This document shows positions 1 to 10,366 of a DNA stretch of 64,000 bases, piece by piece (the stretch's first letter is position 1; the number at the start of each line of letters is the position of its first letter). Position numbers and translations under genes: made by a program. Origin of the DNA: an uncultured Gemmatimonadota bacterium (GTDB lineage Bacteria > JAAXHH01); the NCBI GenBank assembly GCA_951812955.1, contig OX638340.1, positions 2,848,001 through 2,912,000 of the forward strand, read 5' to 3'. Under the pieces are notes generated by a model, which had not been told where the DNA came from, made no database searches, and was given only the letters and a program-made list of their open reading frames with translations.

Positions 1-603
1 CACGATGGCTGGCTGGATATCTTCGCGGCGAACGGCCATGTGATCGACAATATCTCCCTGTTCGATCCGACGGTGACTTACGCGCAGACCAATCAACTGT
101 TCCGGAACGAAGGAAACGGGGTTTTCACCGACGTCAGCGCCGGCGCCGGCGCTCCCTTCCACGTGGAGCGCGTGCACCGCGGCGCGGCCTTCGGAGACGT
201 GGACAACGACGGTGACGTCGATATCCTGGTCACCACCGTGAACGACGTCCCACTGTTGTTGCGGAACGACGGGAACGAGCGGCCCGGTGGAAGCGGCGGT
301 CCCACCAGTCTGCTCGTCGCCACCGAGGGCGTCCAAAGCAATCGCAACGGGATCGGTGCGCGCGTAACCGTGGTCACGGATGCCGTGCGCCAGTCGCGGG
401 AAATCCGAAGCGCCTACAGCTACCTGGCGGCCAATGATCTCAGGGCGCACTTCGGGCTAGGTGCGCATGACGGGGCGGATTCGGTGATCGTGGACTGGCC
501 GACCGGCACAAGGGATGTCGTAACGGGAGTCGATGGCGGCCAGTGGATCACGATCCGCGAAGGCGCAGGTATCGTCTCGCGAACGCCACTTCGCCCGCGT
601 TGA
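1..603 (+). CDS. C-terminal part (5' end outside window) of ASPIC/UnbV-domain FG-GAP repeat protein (CRTAC1 family)
   Basis: Frame +1 is open from base 1 (HDGWLDIFAANGHV...) and joins the listed ORF 40..603. It has a DNDGDVDIL FG-GAP-like calcium-binding motif and a C-terminal UnbV/ASPIC signature (NRNGIGARVTVV...SYLAANDLRAHFGLG...VIVDWPTG). Confidence 0.7.
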   Translation, partial: HDGWLDIFAANGHVIDNISLFDPTVTYAQTNQLFRNEGNGVFTDVSAGAGAPFHVERVHRGAAFGDVDNDGDVDILVTTVNDVPLLLRNDGNERPGGSGGPTSLLVATEGVQSNRNGIGARVTVVTDAVRQSREIRSAYSYLAANDLRAHFGLGAHDGADSVIVDWPTGTRDVVTGVDGGQWITIREGAGIVSRTPLRPR

Positions 604-1996
604 AGAACCCGGTCGCCCATAACGCCGCCGGGTAGGCCGCGATCAGGCCCACTTCCCAGGACCAGGTTCCGCCTAAAAGAACCCGCGCCGCGTACAGCAC
701 CCCGCACACGAAGATCACCTTGAGCAGACGTATATACTCGTAGGGTATCGGGTAATACCTTCGGCCCGCCAGATACAACCCGGCCACCATCACCGCGTAG
801 GCGGCCGCCGAGGCCGCGGCCGCCCCGTACATGCCGTAATCGGGGATAAGCCAGAGATTCGTCAGGATGCATACCAGGGCGGAAGCGGCCGTGATGAAGG
901 GGAGCAGGATGGTCTTCTTCTCCAGGTAGACCCCCACGGTCAAGTTGACGTAGATCCCATACAGTACGTAGGCCGCGAGCAGGATCGGCACGACGCCGAT
1001 CCCATCCCAGTACGATTCCGCTATGAGGGTATAGCCACCGATCGAAAGGCGGACCAGGTCGTCGATCAGGAAAGACAGCGTCAGGAAGATGCCGCCCGCT
1101 ATGGCCAGGAAGTAGGTCAACACGCGGGCGAACAGCGGCCTGGGGTTTTCCTCCCTGGAAGTTTCCAGGAAGAATGGCTGCCAGGCCTGTCTGAACATGG
1201 TGACGAAGATGAGCATGCCGACGCCAAGCTTTCGGGCCGCATGGTAGATACCCAGGGTCTCCGTGCCGGACATTCGTTCCAGCATCAGGCGGTCGATGGT
1301 TTCGATGATGATGATGCAGGCGCCGGCGGGCACGTAGGGCAGTCCGAATTTCAAGAGCCGCCCCATGGTTTCGCGAGACCAGGTGAAGGACATGTGCCGC
1401 AACGTAACGCCCGCCAGGATGAGGAAAACGATCCCGGATCCCGCGATATTGCTGATCAGAATCCCCTGCAGCCCCATGTCGAGCACGATGACGAGGTAGC
1501 AGTTTCCGCCCAGTTCGATCATCACCTTCATCAGCTTGAGGGAGGCGAACATCGTGGCCTTGCCTTCTCCCCGCAGCCGAGCGAACGGTATGGCGTTCAG
1601 GGCATCTAGCGCCAGGACCGCGGCGGCCAGCTGGATGTAGGAGGTCAGGGAGGCGGAAACAGCGACAAGGGGCGCTATCCTGGCGGCGAACAGGACGATG
1701 ATCACGCCGAGCCCGACCGAAGTGCACAGCATGGTGAGGTAGCCAGTGCTCAGCGTATCCCGTCTGCGGCCCTCCGCGAGTACGTAGTACCTCAGAAAGG
1801 CCGAATCCATGCCATAGAGGAAGATTACGTTCGTCAGCGCGATAAAGGTATATACGAGACCATAGTAGCCGAATTCCTCCACGGGCATTACATGGGTGTA
1901 TACCGGCACCAGCAGATAGGCCATGGATCTGCCGAGTACGTCGCTGAGACCGTAGATCGCCGAATGGGTGGTGAGTCTTTTGAGGCCTTGAAACAT
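548..1996 (-). CDS. polysaccharide biosynthesis/MOP-superfamily flippase (Wzx-like) integral membrane protein
   Basis: ORF 548..2170 translates to a protein with about 12-14 hydrophobic helices, glycine-rich loops and MOP flippase-like composition. I set the start at internal Met MFQGLKRL (residue 59 of the ORF, 1994-1996); upstream residues look like non-coding read-through. Its 3' end overlaps the convergent ASPIC gene by 56 bp. Confidence 0.7.
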   Translation of the reverse strand: MFQGLKRLTTHSAIYGLSDVLGRSMAYLLVPVYTHVMPVEEFGYYGLVYTFIALTNVIFLYGMDSAFLRYYVLAEGRRRDTLSTGYLTMLCTSVGLGVIIVLFAARIAPLVAVSASLTSYIQLAAAVLALDALNAIPFARLRGEGKATMFASLKLMKVMIELGGNCYLVIVLDMGLQGILISNIAGSGIVFLILAGVTLRHMSFTWSRETMGRLLKFGLPYVPAGACIIIIETIDRLMLERMSGTETLGIYHAARKLGVGMLIFVTMFRQAWQPFFLETSREENPRPLFARVLTYFLAIAGGIFLTLSFLIDDLVRLSIGGYTLIAESYWDGIGVVPILLAAYVLYGIYVNLTVGVYLEKKTILLPFITAASALVCILTNLWLIPDYGMYGAAAASAAAYAVMVAGLYLAGRRYYPIPYEYIRLLKVIFVCGVLYAARVLLGGTWSWEVGLIAAYPAALWATGFFNAGEVAFARRYLRLRGS

Positions 1997-2451
1997 GGAT
2001 CGCGGTTTGAGGACGGTCAGGGTTCTCGAAGCCTCGGGAGGGGATCGACGGTTGCTCAGTCCAGGTGGCCCGCACCGTGAGTTCGCCCGCTGGCTGGCCG
2101 TGTGCACGTATGTGGAAACCAGGCGCCGAGCACCGTAATGGTACCTCCGACTGCCCGGGACGTCAAGCACTTACGGCGGCGTTGCCTCGTCGGGGAGACC
2201 CTTCGTAGCCGCACGGGCCGATTTCAGTATTGCACGCGAATGACCGAAAAAGGTTCGTTGTTACGGTGCAGGTCATTATCTTGTCGAGGTGCTGCGCGGT
2301 CGGCCGACGCGACGGTACGTGGCAGGTAGACGTGCCGGTACGTGGTTGGTAGATGCGCCAGTACGTGGCCGTAGCAGCCCGTCACCGTGTAGGTCCGTGG
2401 CCGTGCCCCGTCCACCGGGATGGTCAGTATATTCTACGAGCAGGTGTGCTG

Positions 2452-3195
2452 ATGTCGGAAGTCATCTACGGGCGGAACCCGGTCAGGGCAGCCCTCCAAG
2501 CGGGCCGCAGCCTCAACCGGATCTTCATCGCCGATGGGGTTTCGCGCCAGGACGTGGGCGATATCCTGGAACTCGCCCGGAAGCAGGGCGTCGTCTACCA
2601 GTTTACGGACCGCCGCCAGTTGGACGGTTTGACCGATGGCCGGCACCAGGGCATCGTTGCCACGGTGGCCGGACAACAGTATGCCGAACTGGCCGATATC
2701 CTGGCATCGGCACGGCGTTCCGAATCTCCCCCCTTCCTGGTCCTGCTGGACGGCATACAGGATCCCCACAATCTCGGAGCGATCATACGGACAGCGGATG
2801 CCGTACGCGTCGACGGCGTCGTGATTCCCCGGAGAAACGCGGCGGGTCTGACGGCGGCCTCTGTCAAGGCTTCGGCCGGGACCAGCGCCCATGTGCCGGT
2901 CGCGCGGGTGGCGAACCTGAACAACGCCATGCAGACGCTTCGTGAAGAAGGAGTCTGGCTCATGGGCCTGGCGTCGGACGGCCCTTCACTTTTCAATAGA
3001 GTGGACTATACCGTACCCATAGCGCTCGTCATAGGCGGCGAGGGTAAGGGGCTGAGGCCCCTGGTCCAGCGCAACTGCGACGAGGTGGTACGGCTCCCCA
3101 TTGCTGGGCACGTGGATTCGCTTAACGTATCCGTGGCGGCGGCCCTCGTGCTGTACGAAGTCTTTCGTCAGCGTATGGGTATAGGGGACGGGTAG
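2452..3195 (+). CDS. rlmB: SpoU/TrmH-family 23S rRNA (guanosine-2'-O)-methyltransferase (RlmB-like)
   Basis: MSEVIYGRNPVRAAL N-terminus, a SPOUT methyltransferase core (LVLLDGIQDPHNLGAIIRTADA ... LVIGGEGKGLRP ... SLNVSVAAALVLYE). Start taken at the internal Met; the ORF track's upstream extension is Arg/Pro-rich junk. Confidence 0.8.
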   Translation: MSEVIYGRNPVRAALQAGRSLNRIFIADGVSRQDVGDILELARKQGVVYQFTDRRQLDGLTDGRHQGIVATVAGQQYAELADILASARRSESPPFLVLLDGIQDPHNLGAIIRTADAVRVDGVVIPRRNAAGLTAASVKASAGTSAHVPVARVANLNNAMQTLREEGVWLMGLASDGPSLFNRVDYTVPIALVIGGEGKGLRPLVQRNCDEVVRLPIAGHVDSLNVSVAAALVLYEVFRQRMGIGDG

Positions 3196-3405
3196 AGCCG
3201 TTCGATACCCCGAAGACGGCACATGCCGTGAGACCTCACCTCTGGCGGACTCGAAGAGCGTGAACCTGAAGACTTCGCGCAGGCCGTCCTTATCCTACAA
3301 AACGGTTGACACAGCGGCCTCGCGGGGTTATGCTACCGCCTTGGTTTTTTTGGCATATTGACATGAGAGCAGGGACAAAACGAAGTAAAGGAGCGCGGTA
3401 GCTTT

Positions 3406-6108
3406 ATGGCGAAACATGTGTACTACTTTGGTGGCGGCGAGGCGGACGGAACCGCGGACTTGCGTGAGCTTCTGGGCGGCAAGGGCGCCAATCTGGCCGA
3501 AATGAGCCACCTGGGGATTCCCGTACCCGCGGGCTTTACCATCTCCACGGAAATCTGCACCTATTTCTACGATAACGATCGCCAGTATCCGGCGGACCTT
3601 GACGAGCAGATCCAGCAGGCTATGGGACAGGTCGAGGCCGTCATGGACGCCGGTTTCGGCAGTCCCGAAAACCCGCTGCTGGTGTCCGTCCGGTCCGGAT
3701 CCCGTTCATCCATGCCCGGCATGATGGACACCATTCTGAATCTCGGCCTGAACGATGTAACCGTGCAGGGACTGATCGCGCAGTCGGGCGACGAACGTTT
3801 CGCCTACGACAGCTACCGGCGTTTCGTACAGATGTACGGCGACGTGGTCATGGGCGTGCGTCCGACGGACGATGAAGATCGCGATCCCTTCGAGGCGTTG
3901 CTGGAACGCAGAAAGGTCCGTGTTGGCGTCACGCAGGACGTGGAGCTCGGGGCCGCCGACCTCAAGGCGCTGGTCGCCGAATTCAAGGACGAGATCAAGG
4001 CGCGCACGGGCGCCGACTTCCCCGACGACCCCCGCGAGCAACTCTGGGGCGCCATAGGCGCCGTGTTCGGCTCGTGGCACAACGAACGCGCCGCGGTGTA
4101 CCGTAAGCTGAACAACATCCCGGATGAATGGGGCACTGCTGTCAACGTACAGGCCATGGTCTACGGCAACATGGGCAACGACTGCGCTACGGGTGTCGCT
4201 TTCAGCCGCGATCCCGCGACCGGCGAGAAGCGGTTCTACGGAGAATATCTCATCAACGCCCAAGGCGAGGACGTCGTGGCGGGTATTCGGACGCCCAGGC
4301 CAATCGAGCAGTTGCGTGAGGAAATGCCGGACGCCTACGATCAACTGGTCCGGATCTGCGATACGCTGGAGACCCATTACAAGGACATGCAGGATATCGA
4401 ATTCACCATCCAGCGCCACAACCTGTGGATGCTGCAGTGCCGGGTCGGGAAGCGTACCGGTTTCTCCGCCATCACGATCGCGGTGGACATGGTGAAGGAA
4501 GGCCTGATCGACGAGAAGGAAGCCCTGCGGCGCGTGGAGCCCGACCAGTTGGACCAGTTGCTGCGTCCCGTATTCGACGTGGAGGAAAAGCGCCGTGCGG
4601 AGAACGAGGGGCGGGTCCTCGCCCGGGGCCTCAACGCAGGTCCGGGCGCGGCGGCGGGCAAGGTGGCTTTCAATGCGAACGACGCCGAGACCTGGGCGGA
4701 CCGCGGTGACCAGGTCATCCTGGTCCGTATCGAGACGTCGCCCGAAGACATACGCGGCATGGACGCGGCGACGGGCATCCTGACCGCCCGGGGCGGCATG
4801 ACGAGCCACGCGGCGCTGGTCGCCCGGCAGATGGGCAAGGTCTGCGTCGCCGGCTGCGGCGAGCTGGACATCGACTACGCCACCCGGACAATGCGCGTCG
4901 GAGACCAGGTGATCAACGAAGGGGATTTCATCTCCATCGACGGATCCACCGGGGAGGTCATTGCCGGGGCCATCCCGACCATTCCCTCCGAAGTGCTGCA
5001 GGTCCTGTTGCAGAAATCCATGTCGTCCGAAGAATCGGAGGTCTATCAGCGTTACGAAAGCTTGATGGCCTGGGCGGACCGGTACCGCCGGCTGAGGGTG
5101 CGGACCAACGCGGATCAGCCCGATCAGTCGGCTACCGCGCGCGTCTTCGGCGCCGAGGGCATCGGCCTGTGCCGGACGGAGCACATGTTCTTCGAGGAAG
5201 ACCGGATCGACTCGGTTCGGGAAATGATCCTGGCCGATGACGAGGCCGGTCGCCGGAAAGCGCTGGCCAGGCTGCTGCCGATTCAGAGAAGCGATTTCAC
5301 CGGGATCTTCGAGGTCATGGACGGCTATCCCGTCACGATACGAACGCTCGATCCACCCCTGCACGAGTTTCTGCCCCACGATGCAGAGGCTATTGCGCAG
5401 CTCGCCGCGCAAACGGGGGTGCCCGTGGAGCGTTACCACCGCAAGCTGGAAGACCTGCGGGAAGCCAATCCCATGCTCGGCCATCGCGGCTGCAGGCTGG
5501 GCATCGCCTTTCCCGAGATCACCGAAATGCAGGCCCGTGCGATTTTCGAAGCCGCGACCGACTGCCTGAAACGCGGCATCAAGGCCATCCCCGAGATCAT
5601 GATCCCGCTGGTCGGACACCTCAATGAACTGCGCCTGCAGGCCGATGTCGTCCGCGCCGCGGCCCGGGCTGTGCAGGAAGAGACCGGCGTCGAGGTGGAC
5701 TACCAGATCGGCACGATGATCGAACTGCCGCGCGCCGCGCTGACTGCCCACGAAATTGCGGAAGAAGCGGAGTTCTTCTCTTTCGGGACCAACGATCTGA
5801 CCCAGACGACCTTCGGGCTATCCCGCGACGACGCGAAGTTCATACCCGACTACCTGCATGCCGGAATCTGGCCGGAAGATCCCTTTGTCAGTATCGACAG
5901 CAGCGGCGTCGGCGAACTGGTGAAAATCGGCGTCGAGCGGGGCCGGGCCACGCGAGGTGGCATGAAGGTGGGTATCTGCGGCGAACACGGCGGCGATCCC
6001 GCCTCGGTCGAATTCTGCCACGGCGTGGACCTGGACTATGTGAGTTGCTCCCCGTACCGCGTCCCCATCGCCTGCCTGGCGGCCGCACGGGCGGCGCTCG
6101 CGGAATAG
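3406..6108 (+). CDS. ppdK: pyruvate, phosphate dikinase
   Basis: 900 aa with [11 protein letters not shown]...[10 protein letters not shown], a phosphohistidine domain ([15 protein letters not shown]) and a C-terminal PEP-utilising TIM barrel ([14 protein letters not shown]). AAGGAG lies 8 nt upstream of the ATG. Confidence 0.95.
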   Translation: MAKHVYYFGGGEADGTADLRELLGGKGANLAEMSHLGIPVPAGFTISTEICTYFYDNDRQYPADLDEQIQQAMGQVEAVMDAGFGSPENPLLVSVRSGSRSSMPGMMDTILNLGLNDVTVQGLIAQSGDERFAYDSYRRFVQMYGDVVMGVRPTDDEDRDPFEALLERRKVRVGVTQDVELGAADLKALVAEFKDEIKARTGADFPDDPREQLWGAIGAVFGSWHNERAAVYRKLNNIPDEWGTAVNVQAMVYGNMGNDCATGVAFSRDPATGEKRFYGEYLINAQGEDVVAGIRTPRPIEQLREEMPDAYDQLVRICDTLETHYKDMQDIEFTIQRHNLWMLQCRVGKRTGFSAITIAVDMVKEGLIDEKEALRRVEPDQLDQLLRPVFDVEEKRRAENEGRVLARGLNAGPGAAAGKVAFNANDAETWADRGDQVILVRIETSPEDIRGMDAATGILTARGGMTSHAALVARQMGKVCVAGCGELDIDYATRTMRVGDQVINEGDFISIDGSTGEVIAGAIPTIPSEVLQVLLQKSMSSEESEVYQRYESLMAWADRYRRLRVRTNADQPDQSATARVFGAEGIGLCRTEHMFFEEDRIDSVREMILADDEAGRRKALARLLPIQRSDFTGIFEVMDGYPVTIRTLDPPLHEFLPHDAEAIAQLAAQTGVPVERYHRKLEDLREANPMLGHRGCRLGIAFPEITEMQARAIFEAATDCLKRGIKAIPEIMIPLVGHLNELRLQADVVRAAARAVQEETGVEVDYQIGTMIELPRAALTAHEIAEEAEFFSFGTNDLTQTTFGLSRDDAKFIPDYLHAGIWPEDPFVSIDSSGVGELVKIGVERGRATRGGMKVGICGEHGGDPASVEFCHGVDLDYVSCSPYRVPIACLAAARAALAE

Positions 6109-6322
6109 GGCGCCTGGTTCGCAGGTCCGCACCTTTGTTCCGCTTAGCAGCGGTGCCTGGCGTCTGCCCCCGGTATGCGCTGTCCGAATAGGGTACCTGG
6201 ACCGGTTATCATCGCCCGCCTGGCCGCGACCCGGGCGGCGCCGTTCCGGCCAGGGGCCAACGTAAGCAACTTCTTTCTCTTTGCGCGGAAGTAACGGCGG
6301 CTTGCCGCGGAATTCCGGTAAC

Positions 6323-7468
6323 ATGTGGGAACTCTTCTGGCGATTCCTGGCCCTGGGATGCATAAGCTTCGGCGGTCCCGCCGCCCATCTGGGGTATTTC
6401 CGAACCGCATTCGTGGAGCGGTTGAAGTGGATTGACGAAGCGGCCTACGGCCGTCTCATCGCCCTGAGCCAGTTCCTTCCCGGCCCATCTTCCAGCCAGG
6501 TCGGTTTCGCCATCGGATACCAGCGGGCGGGCGTCGCGGGCGGCGTCGCCGTGTTCCTGGGTTTCACGCTGCCGTCGTTCGTGCTTCTTTACCTCCTCGC
6601 GATGGCTGGGGGTACGCTGACGGACACGGTCTACTTCGGCGGATTCGTCAAGGGGTTGAAACTGCTGGCCGTGGTCGTGGTCGCAGACGCCGTCCTGGGC
6701 ATGTATTCCACCTTCTGCAAGGGCCGGCTGACCGGTGCGCTCTGCGTATTGACCGCCTCGGCCCTGTTGGTCGCCCCTTCGATGGCTACCCAGTTCGCGG
6801 TCCTGGCGGCCGGTGCGCTGGTCGGCTGGCGCTTGCTCCGCGCTCCGGAGACGCCGGCCGGTGGCAGACTCCGGTTCTCCTGGCTGCCGCTGACGCTCTT
6901 TTTTCTGCTCCTCATCGGTCTGCCGTTCCTGGCGGGCCTGTCGTCGAAACTCGATCTGCTTTCACGTTTTTACCAGACCGGAAGCCTGGTATTCGGCGGC
7001 GGACACGTCGTTTTGCCCTTGCTTCAGCAGACCGTAGGCGAAGCGCTTTCCATCGATCGCTTCCTGCTCGGCTACGCCGCCGCCCAGGCCATTCCCGGTC
7101 CCATGTTCACCCTGTCCGCCTTTCTGGGCGCGGAGATGACCCCGGACCAGGCGCTGGCTGGCGCGTTGATCGCGGTCCTGGGGATCTTCCTGCCGGGATT
7201 CCTGTTGATCATGGCCTTTCACGATACCTGGGAGACCCTGGCGCGGAAACCGGGCGCGGCCGGCGCCGTCGCGGGGGTCAACGCCGCGGTGGTCGGGCTG
7301 CTGCTGGCGGCACTATACCAGCCCGTGTTCGTCAACGCCGTCTTCTCGCCCCTGGATCTCTCGCTCGCAGTTGTCGGGTTTTTCATGCTGCGGGTGATTC
7401 GATTGCCGATACTTCTGCTGGTGACGTTTTTCGCCGCTGCGGGTATTCTGGTTGCGGTTCTGGGTTGA
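6323..7468 (+). CDS. chrA: chromate transporter ChrA (CHR family, two-domain)
   Basis: MWELFWRFLALGCISFGGPAAHLGYF and a second half with FGGGHVVLPLLQQ, the typical duplicated ChrA domains. Strongly hydrophobic. Start taken at the internal Met of ORF 6281..7468. Confidence 0.8.
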   Translation: MWELFWRFLALGCISFGGPAAHLGYFRTAFVERLKWIDEAAYGRLIALSQFLPGPSSSQVGFAIGYQRAGVAGGVAVFLGFTLPSFVLLYLLAMAGGTLTDTVYFGGFVKGLKLLAVVVVADAVLGMYSTFCKGRLTGALCVLTASALLVAPSMATQFAVLAAGALVGWRLLRAPETPAGGRLRFSWLPLTLFFLLLIGLPFLAGLSSKLDLLSRFYQTGSLVFGGGHVVLPLLQQTVGEALSIDRFLLGYAAAQAIPGPMFTLSAFLGAEMTPDQALAGALIAVLGIFLPGFLLIMAFHDTWETLARKPGAAGAVAGVNAAVVGLLLAALYQPVFVNAVFSPLDLSLAVVGFFMLRVIRLPILLLVTFFAAAGILVAVLG

Positions 7469-7476
7469 ACAGTTAC

Positions 7477-8322
7477 TCACGACCAGTCCCCGCAACCGAG
7501 AAACGTCATGTGCTTCCCGGCCTCGTACGCGGGAAACTTCCGATAGGTGTTGATTCCTTCGACGGGACTGCCGCGGAACAGGAAAAGACAGGGCCACTCC
7601 CGCGTGACCTTCGTCGTCGCGGGCATGTACTGGATCGAGCCGCCCCGCCTCCACGCGTTGCTCTCGTTCGGATTGGAACCATGCAACAGCAGCGGGTGAT
7701 GGACCGAGACGTCTCCGGGCGACAGGACCAGGTCGACCGCCTGGCTTTCGTCGAACGCTTCCGGATCGGCCTGGTTGAGGATGTAGTTGTCTGTGCTCTC
7801 CGGGGAGTGGCTGTGCAGACCGGATCTGTGCGATCCGGGGATCACGCGGACACAACCATTGGAGGGCAACGAGGCGGTGATGGCGAACCAGACGGTAATG
7901 ACCTCCAAGGGCTCGAGGGGCCAGTAGTGGCCGTCCTGGTGCCAGTGGACGCCCCTGCCCCTTCGGGGCGGCTTGCAGATGTAATCCGCCGCGAAAAAGG
8001 CCACGTTCGGACCGACCAGGGCTTCCGCCACGTCCAGCAGGTTGCGGTCGCTGAGGAAACGCACCCAGAAGGGATCGCCGGCTATGAGCCAGTGTCCCAA
8101 CGATTCGGGAGGCAGATCGGGGTGGCGGTCCATCAACCAGTCGATATGCCGGTCCGCCTCTCGAATCAGTCCGGCGGGCAGGACATTACGCACGATGACG
8201 AAGCCGTCCCGTTCGTAGTCTTCTCCGATGTCCTGAATTTGTGGATAAGTAAACTCAGCCACGCAGTCTGACCTCGAGTACGGACGGTCGATCCCTGTCC
8301 GGAAGACCGTCCGCTGATCCAA
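7477..8322 (-). CDS. phytanoyl-CoA dioxygenase (PhyH) family Fe(II)/2OG oxygenase
   Basis: HWHQDGHYW (H-x-D) and VIPGSHRSG (second His) motifs. The start may be the GTG at about 8262 (VAEFTYPQ) rather than the ATG at 8322. Confidence 0.8.
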   Translation of the reverse strand: MDQRTVFRTGIDRPYSRSDCVAEFTYPQIQDIGEDYERDGFVIVRNVLPAGLIREADRHIDWLMDRHPDLPPESLGHWLIAGDPFWVRFLSDRNLLDVAEALVGPNVAFFAADYICKPPRRGRGVHWHQDGHYWPLEPLEVITVWFAITASLPSNGCVRVIPGSHRSGLHSHSPESTDNYILNQADPEAFDESQAVDLVLSPGDVSVHHPLLLHGSNPNESNAWRRGGSIQYMPATTKVTREWPCLFLFRGSPVEGINTYRKFPAYEAGKHMTFLGCGDWS

Positions 8323-8528
8323 AGAACTGCTTGCGGTAAACCTTATTAATGACGATTAAACTAGAACATTACATCCGGGACAAGTTTATTGTATACATAC
8401 CGTTCGTACTGCGGATTTTTAGTAGGATGTGCCGAGTGAATCCGTTGATGACCAACCGGTTCCATACCATTTAGCAATCAGGCCGCGTTTCTGATTTTAA
8501 AATCTTTGCCCTTACCAGAGTAAAACAC

Positions 8529-10244
8529 ATGCGACGAACCATCCCATATCTTTTCCTGCTCGTGTTTCTTTCGGCTCCGGACACCTTCGCCCAGCATGTC
8601 AACGCCATCGGCGTCGAGTTACCCAAAGACGCCGCGCCGCCGGAACGGCAGCGGTTGCGGTTCTTCGAGATGGACGGGACGTACATGGAATGGTTCAAGA
8701 CCATTTACAAGCGCAGTCCGGCCACGAATCTCATTGGCGAGCCGCTGGTACGCCAGGACCATAACTACGACCTGGTGCCGGCCGCCGCCAAATCCTGGGA
8801 GGCCACACCGGACGGATATACGTGGCTGTTCCACCTGCGCTCCGGAATGCAGTGGGACGACGGACGGCCCTTCAACGCCCATGACTATGTCTTTACCTTT
8901 CGCCGGGGAGCGGACCCGGACAATGCCTACGACTTCGAGTGGCATTACCGCATCATCAAGAACTGGAGCGCCGTGGTAGCCCGGCAACTGCCCGTCGATT
9001 CGCTCGGCGTCGAGGCCATAGACGATACGACACTGGCCGTGCATACCGAGCAGCCCGTACCCTACCTGCCCTTCAATCTCATTATGAGCTGGGCTTCGCC
9101 GGAACACGCGGTGGCCAAGTACGGCGATGAATGGTCGACCCGGGCGGAGACCCATGTTTCATCCGGCCCGTTCAAGGTCTCGGAATGGCGCAAGAACGAG
9201 GTCATCGTCCTGGACGCCAATCCGATGTATCGGGGTTCGATGCCGCCCTTGCTCGACCAGGTGATCATCCGGGTGTTCTCCCAGTCGGCCCAGCCGCTCA
9301 TGCTGTCGGCATATACGGCCGAAGAGGTGGACATGATCCTCCTGTCCGGCCAGGCGTCTCTGGGCCGGGTAAAGAGCGACCCGGTGCTCCGCCACGAACT
9401 GCATTCCATGGTAAACTTCGTCACTTTTTACATGACCATGGATACGTACAATCCGCCCTTCGACGACCTGCGGGTACGGAAAGCCTTCGCCCATTCCATC
9501 GATCGGACCGCCCTGATGGACTCCGCCCTGAAGGACGTGGGTGTGGCGGCCTACAGTATGCTGGCTCCCGGTTTCCCCGGTTCGAAACCAGAGGCATTCC
9601 GGAATACGTTTCCTTACGATCCCGAACGCGCCAGGCAGTTGATGGCCGAAGCCGGATACCCCGACGGCAAGGGGTTTCCCCAGGTCGATCTCTGGATCCG
9701 CGCCCACGATGTCCAGTCCACCCGCCTGCCCGCCGAGGCCATCCAGGCGATGATCGCCGACGCGCTGAACGTACGGGTCGGAGTGCGGGTGATCGAACGA
9801 AAAGTGTTCACGGACGGCTTGAACAACCACGAGGTAACACTGGCCCTGGTGGCCTACAGCCAGGACTTCCCGGATCCGGCCAATCTGCTCGGGCTATGGC
9901 GGTCGAGGGGGCGTCACGCGTGGCACGACGAGACCTTCGAACGGCTGATTCACGAGGGCAACGAGTTCATGGGATCGCCCGAAGAAAGGTACGCCATCTA
10001 CCACGCAGCAGAGCGCAGGCTCGTGGAGGACGTGGGCGGCATCTTCCTCTGGTTTCCCGTGGAGCACCGTCTGTGGAAACCCGATTTCTACAGCCCTACC
10101 CTTCTTCCCAACCGCCTCGGCATGGAAGTCTGGTCCAACCTGACCTGGATGAACGGATATTTCAGGAATACGGATCGGGCGGCAGCGGTGGATCGGCCGG
10201 GCAACCGCGGCCTCTGGGACTGGCTGAAATCCGCCCTGGACTGA
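8529..10244 (+). CDS. ABC transporter substrate-binding protein, family 5 (peptide/nickel/opine-type), secreted
   Basis: N-terminal signal peptide MRRTIPYLFLLVFLSAPDTFA. The 571-aa length and conserved SBP_bac_5 segments fit. No cognate permease or ATPase genes are adjacent, so it is an orphan SBP. Confidence 0.8.
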   Translation: MRRTIPYLFLLVFLSAPDTFAQHVNAIGVELPKDAAPPERQRLRFFEMDGTYMEWFKTIYKRSPATNLIGEPLVRQDHNYDLVPAAAKSWEATPDGYTWLFHLRSGMQWDDGRPFNAHDYVFTFRRGADPDNAYDFEWHYRIIKNWSAVVARQLPVDSLGVEAIDDTTLAVHTEQPVPYLPFNLIMSWASPEHAVAKYGDEWSTRAETHVSSGPFKVSEWRKNEVIVLDANPMYRGSMPPLLDQVIIRVFSQSAQPLMLSAYTAEEVDMILLSGQASLGRVKSDPVLRHELHSMVNFVTFYMTMDTYNPPFDDLRVRKAFAHSIDRTALMDSALKDVGVAAYSMLAPGFPGSKPEAFRNTFPYDPERARQLMAEAGYPDGKGFPQVDLWIRAHDVQSTRLPAEAIQAMIADALNVRVGVRVIERKVFTDGLNNHEVTLALVAYSQDFPDPANLLGLWRSRGRHAWHDETFERLIHEGNEFMGSPEERYAIYHAAERRLVEDVGGIFLWFPVEHRLWKPDFYSPTLLPNRLGMEVWSNLTWMNGYFRNTDRAAAVDRPGNRGLWDWLKSALD

Positions 10245-10366
10245 GCCTAAAACTCCGCGGAATTAAAACGAATGGCTTGAGTTACTGTTCCGATCAAACC
10301 AATATCGTGTAGTTTGGTCCGTTGTGGTCTCTTTCGTGTCACTATGGTGATGACGCGCGCGGCATG

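Noticed and set aside
420-2075. 551-aa ORF overlapping the flippase gene in another frame
   Set aside because: Out-of-frame shadow of the membrane-protein gene at 548..1996; the translation is Arg/Pro-rich low complexity.
3706-5751. 681-aa ORF antisense to ppdK
   Set aside because: It lies entirely inside the strongly supported ppdK gene on the opposite strand. Its translation is Arg/Gly/Pro/His-rich with no domain signatures. It is a typical GC-rich shadow ORF.
8323-8528. Small ORF 8471..8704 (77 aa) in the PhyH/SBP divergent region
   Set aside because: It overlaps the signal-peptide start of the SBP gene on the opposite strand, has no RBS, and has junk-like composition. The region is better explained as divergent promoters.
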